Assembly: GCA_963734495.1 (NCBI GenBank) | Contig: CAVTHK010000011.1 | Span: 320,001 to 384,000, forward strand | Reading direction: 5' to 3' | DNA length: 64,000 nucleotides | From: an uncultured Spirochaetota bacterium | GTDB taxonomy: Bacteria > Spirochaetota > Spirochaetia > SZUA-6 > CAVTHK01 | Shown here: in pieces, positions 9,196-19,283 of the stretch | Numbering within the stretch: the first letter of the stretch is position 1 | Layout of the letters: each line of letters begins with the position of its first letter | Made by a program: the position numbers and the translations under genes | The notes under the pieces: generated by a model | Seen by the model: the letters and a program-made list of their open reading frames with translations, nothing else | The model's database searches: none | What the model was told of the DNA's origin: nothing

Positions 9196-10253
9196 TTGCC
9201 GCTCTCCCGAGTGCGCATCGCGTTCTACGGCACCGGCCGCTTCGCCTGCTCGACCCACATCCCGAACCTGCTCAAGGCTCCGGGGCGCCGAGATCGTCGC
9301 GCTCTGCGACAGCGCGCCGGCCGCGCTCGAGCAGGCTGCGGCTCTCGTGCCCGGCGCGGCCCGCTACGGCGACGCGGATGCGCTGCTCGCAGCGGGCGGC
9401 TTCGACGCGCTGTACTCCTGCGTGCCGGCGTTCGCGCGCACCGACGTCGAGGCCCGCGCCGCCCGGCCAGGGCGTCGCCCTCTTCAGCGAGAAGCCGCAG
9501 GCCGTGCGGCTGGGCGTAGCGCTGGCCATCGACGCCGCGGTGCGGGACTCCGGGGTCATCGCCACCGTCGGGTTCCGCGAGCGCTACCGGCCCCTGGTGC
9601 GGCGGGCGCGGGAGCTCTTTGCCGGCCGCGCGGCTCACGCACGCCGCAGTTCCTGCAGCACGCGAGGCCGCCGGCGGCCCGCCACAGCTGGTACCGCGAC
9701 GTCGCGCTTTCCGGCGGCCCCGCCCTCAACTGGGGCGGCCACGCGCTCGACCAGATCCGCTTCGTCACGGGCGAGGAGGTCGTCGAAGGCGCAGGCTTTC
9801 TGGGGCGCCGGCGACCTCTCGGGCTTCCCGCCTTCGCAGTCGCTGAGCTTCGTGCTCGAAAGCGGCGCCACCGCGACGCTCACCTTCATGACCAGCACCG
9901 CGATCGCGGATCGCTATCATCGCAACAGCTTCAGCTTCTTTCATCGTGACGGGGTGCTCTCGGTCGACGACTATGACGCCGTGCTCGTCGACGGCGCCGT
10001 TGCCTGCACCGGCGGGGAGTTCGACCCGTGGCTCGAGCAGGATCGGGCCTTCATCGAAGCCGTCCGCCGCGGCGACCCGTCCCTGCTGGCTTCCGATTAC
10101 CACGACGGGATCAGGAGCCTCGCGCCGATCCTGGCCGCGTGGGAGTCCGCGCGCAGCGGCGGGGCGGTCGTCGACGTGGCCGCGTACGCCGAGGAGTGCG
10201 CGGCATCACCGGACGCGGGTGTCCTGCCGCGATCCCAACCGCCTGTGCGTTGA
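9196..10253 (+). CDS. Gfo/Idh/MocA oxidoreductase (several frameshifts, about 9280-9790)
   Basis: RIAFYGTG Rossmann start, FSEKP, SGGPALNWGGHALDQIRF (read in an alternate frame). Confidence 0.75.
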
Positions 10254-10278
10254 CAACTGCCGGGTGCCGTGAAACAAT
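10250..10278 (+). promoter_or_regulatory. Sigma70-like promoter
   Basis: TTGACA(10250-10255)-17-AACAAT with TG extension. Confidence 0.5.
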
Positions 10279-10434
10279 CGTTCGACCTCCGGCGCTCCGT
10301 TCGGAGGATCTCATTGGAACGGGAGGTGCAGACCGGAAACGAGTGAGGCCGCGGCGGCCGGGTCGCATGTCCCGACGCCGTTGGGTCACGATCTGCGAGG
10401 CGGCAAGCCGCCTCGATCGGAGAGAGGTGGAGAG

Positions 10435-12336
10435 ATGAAGTTATTCAATGCCGTTCTGGCGCTCCTTCTCTGTATCGCATGGTCTCTGCCCGCGGAGGGC
10501 GCGAAAGAGGGCGCAACCGCCGAGCCGACCAGAGCCGAGACGATCATTGTCGACATCCTGAGCGGACGCGATCCGAACGCCGGCAACTTCAACATCTGGG
10601 TGGCCGGTTTCCCCTCGGCATCCAAAGGCGTCCAGCAGTTCATGGTGCGGCCGCTGTGGATGACTGAATATGCCAAGGGCGAAGTCCTGAACGTCCTTGC
10701 AAAGGATCCCCCGATCTACAACGCCGACTTCACGCAGATGACCGTGAACCTGCGCGACGGGATCTACTGGAGCGACGGCGTCGAGTTCACGGCCGATGAC
10801 GTGGTCTACACGGTGCAGACCGTGATGAAGAACAAGGGCATGAGCTACAGCTCCGAGCTGAACCTGTACGTCGCCAACGTCACGAGCCCGGGCAAGTACC
10901 AGGTCATCTTCTCGCTCAAGACGCCGAACTCGCGCTTCCACGCCTACTTCCTGGACCGGTGGGGCGCGCTGAGGTTCATGCCCAAGCACGTCTTCGAGAA
11001 GGTCCAGGATCTCATGACGTTCACCAACTATCCCCCGGTGAGCCTGGGTTCGTACGTTCTGGACGACTACGACCCCCAGGGGTTCTGGTTCAAGTGGAAG
11101 AGGAGGGACGACTGGCAGCGGACCGTGGTGGGCAAGCTGTACGGCATGCCCCAGCCCAGGGTCGTGACCTTCTACTACTATGGCCCTCCTGAAAAGAAGG
11201 TCATCGCGCAGAGCCAGCACGAGCTGGACATGACGGACCTCACGCCCGAGGCGCTGCGCGCCGTTCTCGAGAAGAACCCCGCGAGCCGCGGCTACCGCAG
11301 GACTTATCCCTACTTCGTGAACGTCGACCCCGCGATCACGGGGATGCAGTTCAACGACGACAAGATGCCCTTCAAGCTGCGCGACGTCCGGTGGGCCATG
11401 ATCCTCTCCACCGACATCGTCGATGCCGTCATGACGGGGTTCGACGGCATGGGCACCCCGGGCGCCATGCTGCTGCCTCCGACGCCCGCCTACGAGAAGT
11501 GGTACTACAAGCCGATGCTGTCGTGGCTGCAGAACTACACCATCGACGTCGACGGCAAGCCTTTCAAGGCGTTCGACGCGAGCGTGCCTCTGCGCATTGC
11601 GCAGAAGGCCAAGGAGCGCGGCTACACCGTCCCGACCGACGAGGGCCAGATCCGCGAGATCTGGGGCGACGGCTGGTGGAAGTACGCGCCCGATGTAGCC
11701 GCGCGGCTGCTCGAGCGCAACGGCTTCAAGAGGGCCGCGGACGGCAAGTGGCTGCTTCCCGACGGCACACCGTGGAAGTTCACGATCATCACGATACCCA
11801 ACGCGGCGCATCCCCAGAACAGGAACGCCTTCGCGCTTTCCCAGCAGTGGAAGAAGTTCGGCATCGACGTTGACGTCGTGACATCGGACACATATGCCGC
11901 ACAAACTCAGCGCGGCCAGTTCGATGCCTCCACCCAGTGGCCCGCACGCGAGCCCTGGGGCGCGCACCCCGACCTGTTCCGCGGGTTCGAGCAGTGGTAT
12001 TCGGCGTACTACAAGCCGATCGGCGAGATGGCGATCGCGGCGCAGGCGGCTGCTTCCCGCTGGCACGACCCGAGGCTGGACAAGCTCACCGATGAGCTCA
12101 AGGCCACGCCGTGGGGCGACACCGACAAGATCATCAAGATCGGCATCGAGGGCCTCAAGCTCCTTGTCGACGAGATGCCGGGAATGCCGACCATCGCTTA
12201 CCCGGGCATCGTCGGATGGGACGAGACCTACTGGACCAACTACCCCGGGGCGGAGAATGTCTACACCCAGCCCTATCAGCACTGGCCGAACTTCGAGTTC
12301 ATGCTCCCGTACCTGAAGTCCACGGGAAAGAAGTGA
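10435..12336 (+). CDS. Family 5 (Opp/Dpp-type) ABC substrate-binding protein, probably oligosaccharide-binding
   Basis: LRDGIYWSDGVEFTADDVVYT family 5 signature; Trp-rich C-terminus (DETYWTNYP) as in sugar-binding members. Confidence 0.88.
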   Translation: MKLFNAVLALLLCIAWSLPAEGAKEGATAEPTRAETIIVDILSGRDPNAGNFNIWVAGFPSASKGVQQFMVRPLWMTEYAKGEVLNVLAKDPPIYNADFTQMTVNLRDGIYWSDGVEFTADDVVYTVQTVMKNKGMSYSSELNLYVANVTSPGKYQVIFSLKTPNSRFHAYFLDRWGALRFMPKHVFEKVQDLMTFTNYPPVSLGSYVLDDYDPQGFWFKWKRRDDWQRTVVGKLYGMPQPRVVTFYYYGPPEKKVIAQSQHELDMTDLTPEALRAVLEKNPASRGYRRTYPYFVNVDPAITGMQFNDDKMPFKLRDVRWAMILSTDIVDAVMTGFDGMGTPGAMLLPPTPAYEKWYYKPMLSWLQNYTIDVDGKPFKAFDASVPLRIAQKAKERGYTVPTDEGQIREIWGDGWWKYAPDVAARLLERNGFKRAADGKWLLPDGTPWKFTIITIPNAAHPQNRNAFALSQQWKKFGIDVDVVTSDTYAAQTQRGQFDASTQWPAREPWGAHPDLFRGFEQWYSAYYKPIGEMAIAAQAAASRWHDPRLDKLTDELKATPWGDTDKIIKIGIEGLKLLVDEMPGMPTIAYPGIVGWDETYWTNYPGAENVYTQPYQHWPNFEFMLPYLKSTGKK

Positions 12337-12360
12337 GATAGGGCCGATCTCGATCGAACG

Positions 12361-12384
12361 CCCTCCTCCCGCGAGGGAGGAGGG
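12361..12384 (+). terminator. Intercistronic stem-loop with GNRA loop
   Basis: CCCTCCTCCC-GCGA-GGGAGGAGGG. Confidence 0.65.
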
Positions 12385-12404
12385 CTCGCCTGTGGAGACT
12401 CCGG

Positions 12405-13413
12405 GTGACCTTTCTCAAGCGATACCTGTCTGCCGCGCCTGTTCCAGTATCTCGTCGTCGTGTTCGTGGGCACGACGATCGTGTTTATCTCCACGCGCCT
12501 CGCGCCCGCGGACCCGGTCCAGCAGACCATCGAGAAGATCTCGGCGCAGGGCGGATACATGGATCCGAGGGTGGTGGAGGACTTCGCGAAGACGCTCCGC
12601 GAGCTCTACGGCTTGGAGGGAAACGTCCTCCAGCAGTACGGCGCGCTCTGGAGGCGCCTCGCCACCGGCGACTTCGGGCGGTCCTTCACCTACTTCCCCA
12701 CGCCCGTCATCCAGCTCATCCGGACGTCGCTTCCGTGGACGCTGGGCTTGCTGAGCCTCTCCTCCATCATGGCGTGGCTCATCGGCACCATGCTTGGTGG
12801 GATCGCGGGCTATGCCGGCCGGGAGAAGTGGGCCAAGTGGCTCGAGGGCGCGGTGATGGTGATACGCCCCATTCCCTACTACATCGTCGCCCTGATCGCG
12901 CTGATCCTCTTTGCCTACTTCCTGCCCATCTTCCCGATCTCGGGCGGGGTCGCGATGGGCAAGAAGACGACGCTCACCCTGAGCTTCGTCCTGAGTGTCG
13001 CGCGGCACGCGCTCCTGCCCGCCGCCTCATTGGTGGTCGGGGGCATCGGGGGCTGGTTCATCCAGATGAAGTCGCTCGCCTCGAACATCGTCGCGGAGGA
13101 CTACGTGACGTTCGCCCGCGCGGGCGGGCTGCCCAAGGGCAGGCTGATCTTCCAGTACACCATCCGCAACGCCATGCTGCCCCAGATCACGGGGCTCGCC
13201 CTCGCCCTCGGCCAGCTCCTCAGCGGCGCGCTGGTCGTGGAGTACGTCTTTTCGTACCCGGGCGTGGGCGTCCTGCTGTACCAGGCGATCACGCAGGGCG
13301 ACTACAACCTCACGATGGGGATCACGATGCTGTCCATCCTGGTCATCGCGACGGGAGTGCTCATCATAGACCTGGTCTACCCGCTCTTCGACCCGCGGGT
13401 CCGGTACCGGTAG
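12405..13413 (+). CDS. OppB/DppB-type permease (one extra base near 12429)
   Basis: GDFGRS, EDYVTFARAGGL, FSYPGVG, DPRVRY. Confidence 0.9.
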
Positions 13414-13420
13414 GCGCGAG

Positions 13421-14293
13421 GTGAGAGCGATGTTCAGGGTGATCCGGGACCTGTTCCGCCATGACGCCAGGTTCGCCTTTGGATTCTGCGTGATCGTGGT
13501 GATCGTCTTTCTCGCGGTCCTGTACTCCTTCTGCCCCTACGACCTCACCATATGGAACTCCGTCCCCAGGGACCAGAGGCCTTCGATGAAGTACCTGCTC
13601 GGCACGACCTCCCAGGGGCAGGATGTCTTCTGGTACGCGACGGCCGCGGTGCGCAACTCGCTGTTCATAGGAGTCGTCGCGGCGCTGCTGTCGCGGGTCA
13701 TCGCGGTGCTGGTCGCCCTGATCGCGGGCTACCTGGGCGGCCGCTCCGACCGGGTCCTCATGTCGATCAACGACAGCTTCGTGGTCCTGCCCCTGCTCCC
13801 GGTCCTCGTGCTCGTAGCGTCGATGCTCCGGGGGAAGATGGGGATCTTCGGGCTCGGGGTGGTCCTGGCGATCTTCGGCTGGGCCTGGGACGCGCGGCTC
13901 ATCAGGGCGCAGATCCTGTCCCTGCGGGAGCGCGAGTTCACGAAGACCGCGATCCTCTCCGGCATGCGGCCGCTGCGCCTGGTGCTGGGCGAGCACCTTC
14001 CCTTTGTCATTCCTCTCATCATGGCCACCGCAATCAACAACATGATCTTCGTGATCGGGACCGAGATCGTGCTGGCGGTCTTCGGGCTCTCGAGCCTCGA
14101 GACGCCGACGCTGGGGACCATGATCTACTGGGCGGTCAATTACCAGTCGATGCTCCTGGGGTTCTGGTGGTGGATCCTCACGCCCGTCGTCCTCTGCATC
14201 CTGCTGATCCTCTCCCTCTACATGCTGTCGGTGAGCATCAGCGACTTCCTGGATCCGAGGACGAGGCTGCAGATCATCAAGGCCAGGGGGTGA
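13421..14293 (+). CDS. OppC/DppC-type permease
   Basis: LLGTTSQGQDVF, ARLIRAQILSLREREF, TLGTMI. Confidence 0.9.
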   Translation: MRAMFRVIRDLFRHDARFAFGFCVIVVIVFLAVLYSFCPYDLTIWNSVPRDQRPSMKYLLGTTSQGQDVFWYATAAVRNSLFIGVVAALLSRVIAVLVALIAGYLGGRSDRVLMSINDSFVVLPLLPVLVLVASMLRGKMGIFGLGVVLAIFGWAWDARLIRAQILSLREREFTKTAILSGMRPLRLVLGEHLPFVIPLIMATAINNMIFVIGTEIVLAVFGLSSLETPTLGTMIYWAVNYQSMLLGFWWWILTPVVLCILLILSLYMLSVSISDFLDPRTRLQIIKARG

Positions 14294-14298
14294 CGCCC

Positions 14299-15306
14299 GT
14301 GCCGCTGATGCGGGTCGAGGATCTGAAGGCCTACTACCTCGTGGACGTCTACGGCGTGAGGCGCGAGGTCAAGGCCGTCGACGGCGTGTCCTTCGAGGTC
14401 GAAGAGAACAGTATCTACGGCATCGCGGGCGAGTCAGGCTGCGGCAAGACGTCGCTGATCAAGGTCCTGTCCGCGACCTCCGTTCCCCCGCTCGCCGTGC
14501 GGGGAGGCCGGGTCATCTACGACCTGGGCGACGGGAACGGATCCGTGGACCTTCTCCGCCTCGACGAGCGGGGCCTCAAAGATCTGCGCTGGGAGTTCAT
14601 GTCCTACATGCCGCAGGGGTCCATGAACGTGCTCAACCCCGTACGGCGCCTGCGCAACACGTTCGGGGACTTCGTGCGGGCGCACAAGGCCGAGACGACG
14701 CCGGACTTTCTCGCCGAGGTCACGGCGCACCTCGGCCACCTGGGCCTGCCGCCCGAGGTCCTCGCCTCCTACCCGCACCAGCTCTCCGGCGGCATGCGGC
14801 AGAGGACCACCCTTGCGCTCGCCACGATCCTCAAGCCCCGGCTGATCCTCGCAGACGAGCCGACGACCGCCCTCGACGTCGTGGTGCAGCGGGGCGTGAT
14901 TCAGCTCCTCAGAAGGATCCACGCGGAGCAGAAGAACACCATCGTCCTCGTCACCCACGACATGGCGGTGCACGCGAACCTGACCGACCGGCTGGCCATC
15001 ATGTACGCGGGGAAGATCGTGGAGGAGGCGCCGACCGCGGAGCTCTTCGGCTCGCCGCAGCACCCCTACACGAAGTTCCTCATCGGGTCGCTGCCGCGCA
15101 TCGGCGACAAGGCGCTCAAGGTGAGCGCGCCGGGCGCGCCGCCGTCGCTCTCGAGCCTGCCCGAGGGGTGCCGGTTCCACCCGCGGTGCCCGCACGCGAT
15201 GGACGTATGCAGGCGCGAGGAGCCCCGGCTCGTCGACGTGGCTCCCGGTCACCGGGCCGCGTGCTTCCTGCACGGCGGAAGAGCGGGTGAGGTGCAGCGT
15301 GGATAG
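14299..15306 (+). CDS. OppD-type ABC ATPase
   Basis: [40 protein letters not shown]. Confidence 0.93.
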   Translation: MPLMRVEDLKAYYLVDVYGVRREVKAVDGVSFEVEENSIYGIAGESGCGKTSLIKVLSATSVPPLAVRGGRVIYDLGDGNGSVDLLRLDERGLKDLRWEFMSYMPQGSMNVLNPVRRLRNTFGDFVRAHKAETTPDFLAEVTAHLGHLGLPPEVLASYPHQLSGGMRQRTTLALATILKPRLILADEPTTALDVVVQRGVIQLLRRIHAEQKNTIVLVTHDMAVHANLTDRLAIMYAGKIVEEAPTAELFGSPQHPYTKFLIGSLPRIGDKALKVSAPGAPPSLSSLPEGCRFHPRCPHAMDVCRREEPRLVDVAPGHRAACFLHGGRAGEVQRG

Positions 15307-16294
15307 CGGCGGCGCGAAGCTCCTGTCGGTCGAGCACCTCAACAAGAGGTTCATCCTCGGGGGAGGCCTGTCGAAGATCAAGCTCCTCGCGGTGAGCAAC
15401 GCCTCCTTCGAGATGGGATCGGCGGGGCCGGAGATCTTTACGCTGGCCGGAGAGAGCGGCAGCGGAAAGACCACCGTGGCGCGCATGATCCTCGGCTTTG
15501 TCGAGCCTACCTCGGGCCGGATCCTCTACAAGGGCAAGGACGTCACCAGGACCCACGGAAGGGGAAGGCGCCTCGAGCTCATGAAGGACGTGCAGGGCAT
15601 CTTCCAGGATCCCTTTGACACCTTCAACCCGCTCAAGCGGATCGACACCTATCTCCGCGAAACGGCCCGCAACTACGGGATCGCTTCGGGCGGCAAGGAG
15701 ATCGAGCGCGTGGTCGGGGAGGCCCTTGCCGCCGTCGGGGTGTCGCTGCAGGAGATCAAGGGGCGCTACCCGCACGAGCTCTCGGGCGGCCAGGCGCAGC
15801 GGACCTCCGTGGCCCGCGCCCTGATCACGCACCCGTCGCTCCTCGTGGCGGACGAGCCGGTGTCGATGGTCGACGCCTCCCTGCGGATGTCGATCGTCAA
15901 CCTGTTCCGCAAGTTCAGGGACGAGCGGGGCATCAGCGTCCTCTACATCACGCACGACCTGGCCACCGCCTACTACGTGAGCGACCGGATCGCGATCATG
16001 CTGCGGGGCGTGGTCATAGAGATCGGCAGCGTGGAGAAGGTGCTGCGCGAGCCGCTGCACCCCTACACCCAGCTGCTCAAGGAGTCGGTTCCGGAGCCCG
16101 ACCCCGACGTCAAGTGGACCGACGAAATCTCTCTCGGCGCCCTCGAGATCAAGGAGTACGCCCAGGCCGGGTGCAAGTTCGCCGGCCGCTGCCCGCGCGA
16201 GATGCCGATCTGCAGGACCGTGGAGCCGCCGGAGGTCGAAATCGACGGCCGCCGGGTAAAGTGCCACCTGTACAAGCAGGGGACGACGGTATGA
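15299..16294 (+). CDS. OppF-type ABC ATPase
   Basis: GESGSGKT, YPHELSGGQ, DEPVSMVD, HPYT. Confidence 0.93.
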   Translation: MDSGGAKLLSVEHLNKRFILGGGLSKIKLLAVSNASFEMGSAGPEIFTLAGESGSGKTTVARMILGFVEPTSGRILYKGKDVTRTHGRGRRLELMKDVQGIFQDPFDTFNPLKRIDTYLRETARNYGIASGGKEIERVVGEALAAVGVSLQEIKGRYPHELSGGQAQRTSVARALITHPSLLVADEPVSMVDASLRMSIVNLFRKFRDERGISVLYITHDLATAYYVSDRIAIMLRGVVIEIGSVEKVLREPLHPYTQLLKESVPEPDPDVKWTDEISLGALEIKEYAQAGCKFAGRCPREMPICRTVEPPEVEIDGRRVKCHLYKQGTTV

Positions 16295-16333
16295 GCCCGG
16301 GCGGCCGGCCCGAGCCCCTTCAACTTTGATTCC

Positions 16334-16645
16334 TCAGAAGATCGTTTCGCCCACCCGGGCGACGACGCTCTCGCGCAGGCCTTTGACGCGCGCGGCAAAG
16401 GGCGCCATGTGCGGCGCCTTGCCGTGCGCCTGCAGCGCCGCGAGCGAGTTCCACCGCTCGACGAGCGTGATGCGGTCGGGATCGACGGGCTCCTGGATGC
16501 CGAGCGGGCTCGCCACCTCGCGGGTGTGCTCGTAGCCGAGGCAGCCCTCCTCCCGCAGCACGTGCGGCCGGACCTCCCGGCAGGCGTCGAGGAACTCGTT
16601 CATCTTCCCCTTCGCGATCTTCATGGTGACGACGACATAGACCAC
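16334..16645 (-). CDS. Antibiotic biosynthesis monooxygenase (ABM) / putative quinol monooxygenase
   Basis: 103 aa, EEGCLGY, LVERW, LQAHGKAPHM; RBS GAGGTG. Confidence 0.85.
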   Translation of the reverse strand: MVYVVVTMKIAKGKMNEFLDACREVRPHVLREEGCLGYEHTREVASPLGIQEPVDPDRITLVERWNSLAALQAHGKAPHMAPFAARVKGLRESVVARVGETIF

Positions 16646-16689
16646 GGGCTCACCTCACTCTCCGTCTTGCCTGCTTGCTGTCGCGGGGC

Positions 16690-16718
16690 ATTCTAAGCCG
16701 CGGCCCCAGGCGCGGCAA
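16690..16718 (-). promoter_or_regulatory. Sigma70-like promoter for the ABM gene
   Basis: TTGCCG(16718-16713)-17-TAGAAT(16695-16690). Confidence 0.5.
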
Positions 16719-16724
16719 GCGGAG

Positions 16725-17951
16725 TCACCGCGGCTGCGGGTCGCCGCGGAGCTCCGCGCCGTCGCGGAGCACGAGGCTGCGGCGCGGTGAGGTGCGCAGC
16801 GCTTCGAGCGCGCTCGGCGCGTCCACCAGCACGAGGCTGGCGCGCGAACCGGCGGCGAGGCCGTAGCCGGGCAGTCCGAGGACGCGCGCGGGGTTGACGG
16901 TGACCGTGTCGAGCATCGCGCGCAGCTCGTCGAGGCCCATCATGTGGCCCACGTGGGCCCCCATCTTCGCGACCTCGATCATGTCGGCGTTGCCGAGGGG
17001 GTACCACGGGTCCTCGTTGCAGTCCTGACCGCAGGCGACGCAGACGCCGGCCCCCATCAGCTCGCGGATCGGCGCCATGGACCGCGGCGCGGGATGATGG
17101 AAGCGGCCGCCGAGGTGGATGTTGATCAGCGGGTTGGCGATCACGTTCAGGCCCGCCTCCGCGATGAGGGGGATCAGCTTCCGGCTCACGTAGTAGGGGT
17201 CCATCATCGCCATCGAGGTCACGTGCGAGGCCGTGACTCTGCCCTGGAGGCCGAGGCGGATGGTCTCCGCGGCCAGGTGCTCGACGTGTCTCGACGTCGG
17301 GTCGTCGCTCTCGTCGCAGTGCATGTCGACCGGGAGGCCGCGCCCGGCCGCCAGCTCCAGGAGCAGGGTCACGCTGCGGCGGCCCAGCTCCGCGGAGCGC
17401 TCGTGGTGCGGGATTCCGCCGACGACGTCGACGCCGAGGTCCAGCGCTCTCTCGAGCTGGGGCAGCACGTCCGCGTCGTGGTAGAGCCCGTCCTGAGGGA
17501 AAGCCACGAGCTGGATGTCGATCCTGCCGCGGAGCTCCTCGCGGACGCCGACGAGGGCGCGCACGCCGCGGAGCTCCGGATCGCAGACGTCGACGTGCGA
17601 GCGGATCGCCTGGATGCCCATGGCGAGGGCGCGTTCGCAGTACTCGAGGGCGCGCGCGCGCACGTCCTCGACGGTGAGACGGCTGCGCTTGTACTCCCGC
17701 CAGTTGTCGATGCCTTCCCTGAGCGTGCCCGAGCGGTTGGGGACGCGCGTCAGCACCGAGTCGAGGTGGAAATGCGCGTCGACAAACGGGGGAAGCGCGA
17801 GCCGGCCCGCGGCGTCGACCTTGCGCTGCGCGGGAGCGGCGATCCGGGGCGCGACCTCCGCGATCGTCCCGCCGCGGATCGCGATGTCACGCGGCCCATC
17901 GGTGTCGAGGAGCGAGGCGCCCGTGATCAGGAGGTCGAGCACGCCTCGCAT
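16725..17951 (-). CDS. codA: Cytosine deaminase-like metal-dependent amidohydrolase (alternative start GTG at 17942)
   Basis: PFVDAHFHLD, NRSGTLREGI, QLVAFPQDG, DMHCDE, TASH, GQD..DPWYPLG. Confidence 0.85.
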   Translation of the reverse strand: MRGVLDLLITGASLLDTDGPRDIAIRGGTIAEVAPRIAAPAQRKVDAAGRLALPPFVDAHFHLDSVLTRVPNRSGTLREGIDNWREYKRSRLTVEDVRARALEYCERALAMGIQAIRSHVDVCDPELRGVRALVGVREELRGRIDIQLVAFPQDGLYHDADVLPQLERALDLGVDVVGGIPHHERSAELGRRSVTLLLELAAGRGLPVDMHCDESDDPTSRHVEHLAAETIRLGLQGRVTASHVTSMAMMDPYYVSRKLIPLIAEAGLNVIANPLINIHLGGRFHHPAPRSMAPIRELMGAGVCVACGQDCNEDPWYPLGNADMIEVAKMGAHVGHMMGLDELRAMLDTVTVNPARVLGLPGYGLAAGSRASLVLVDAPSALEALRTSPRRSLVLRDGAELRGDPQPR

Positions 17952-18049
17952 CCTACCACACGCGCGATCGGACCGCACCTGCCGGCGCCCCCCGGGAGGG
18001 CCGCCGCGCCGCCCGCGGGGCCGCCTGCGTCGCCATCGCCGGGCCGCAC

Positions 18050-18083
18050 GCGGGCTGGAAAGAACGGCGGGCTGGAAAGAACG
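18050..18083. repeat. Perfect tandem 17-mer x2
   Basis: GCGGGCTGGAAAGAACG at 18050-18066 and 18067-18083. Confidence 0.9.
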
Positions 18084-18107
18084 CCTCGCCCGTGCTAACA
18101 CTGCCGC

Positions 18108-19283
18108 ATGGCTCCCAAAGCTGCGGAGAGGCTGGTCCGCCGTTTCAAGGACGAAGCCGTCGGAGTCTACCTGATCGAGCCCCCGCTCGAGGACGCCGAC
18201 CTTCACCGTTACGTGGTCTCGACGAGGGACACTCGGGACCTGATGAACCACCCCGAGATCATCAACTGCGACTTCACGCTCCTGATGGAGAACGGCGTCA
18301 CCAACATGCTCAAGGGGCTGAACATGCTGGAAAAGCTGAGCACGATCGCCTCCAAGACGGTCAACGTCTACCACATCCTCCGCGGCGGCCTGAACTTCGG
18401 CGTGCGGGAGGCGCTGCGCAAGGCGTTCGGGTACAAGTGGCACTCCAGCTCCTACATCTCGAGCCAGCGCGTGCTCAAGGAAGGGCGCTTCGAGATCAGC
18501 CAGGACACGTACCGCAAGTTCCTCGTGCCGAACAACGCGACCGTCTACTTCGGCGACATTGTCGCCTCCGGCATCTCGCTGGACAACGGCGTGCACTACC
18601 TCGCCTCGTACATGGAAAGGAACAACCTCGAGCTCCGCAACATGGTCTTTGTCACCATCGGCTGCGTCGAGGCCGAGCGCGTGCTGGCAAAGTGGCACCG
18701 CGAGTTCAAGGCGCGCTTCCCCCGCTACGAGCGCACGATCCTGGTCTATCTCGAGGGACGGTTCGCCCTGGCAGGCGATGACACGCCGCTCGTGAACAAG
18801 CTCAAGGACACCGACCTGCTGAAGAGCTGGAAGCTCGGCGCGCTCCTCTCGCCGGAGTTCGAAGGGTCGCAGTTCGGACGCATGATCGTCGGCCTCGAGG
18901 CCTGCGCGATCTACGACGGCGGCAAGAAGAGCTTCGAGCCGGTCAACCACATCCGCGACGTGCTGGAGTTCTGGGAAAAGCAGCTCGCCGCGGCCGAGCG
19001 AAGCGGCATGACGCTCTGGGGCGAGTACAACGCGCGCTTCCCGCTCGACATGTACTTCGCTGACATCGCCTCGCTCGCGGAGGGCGGCGCGGAGACGCTC
19101 GCGCGCGGCAAGGCGCCGCTGTGGCAGGGCCTGGAGCCGGACGAGTTCCGCAGGCTGCACGCCCAGTTCAGGCGGCTCTGGAGCCCCGACAGGATCCGCG
19201 CGGCGCAGCAGCCCGGAAGCCTGGCCCAGGTCTGCACGAAGAAGATCAGCTACCTCAAGAGCCTCGTCGCCGACGGAGAGTGA
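18108..19283 (+). CDS. Atypical type I phosphoribosyltransferase, UPRTase-like
   Basis: HILRGG resembles UPRT PILRAG; VYFGDIVASGIS resembles the PRPP-binding loop; strong GC3 codon bias. Confidence 0.65.
   Translation: MAPKAAERLVRRFKDEAVGVYLIEPPLEDADLHRYVVSTRDTRDLMNHPEIINCDFTLLMENGVTNMLKGLNMLEKLSTIASKTVNVYHILRGGLNFGVREALRKAFGYKWHSSSYISSQRVLKEGRFEISQDTYRKFLVPNNATVYFGDIVASGISLDNGVHYLASYMERNNLELRNMVFVTIGCVEAERVLAKWHREFKARFPRYERTILVYLEGRFALAGDDTPLVNKLKDTDLLKSWKLGALLSPEFEGSQFGRMIVGLEACAIYDGGKKSFEPVNHIRDVLEFWEKQLAAAERSGMTLWGEYNARFPLDMYFADIASLAEGGAETLARGKAPLWQGLEPDEFRRLHAQFRRLWSPDRIRAAQQPGSLAQVCTKKISYLKSLVADGE

Noticed and set aside
17952-19160. Apparent 400-aa N-terminal fusion on the cytosine deaminase
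   Set aside because: It is the antisense read of the PRTase gene; deaminase homology begins near 17951
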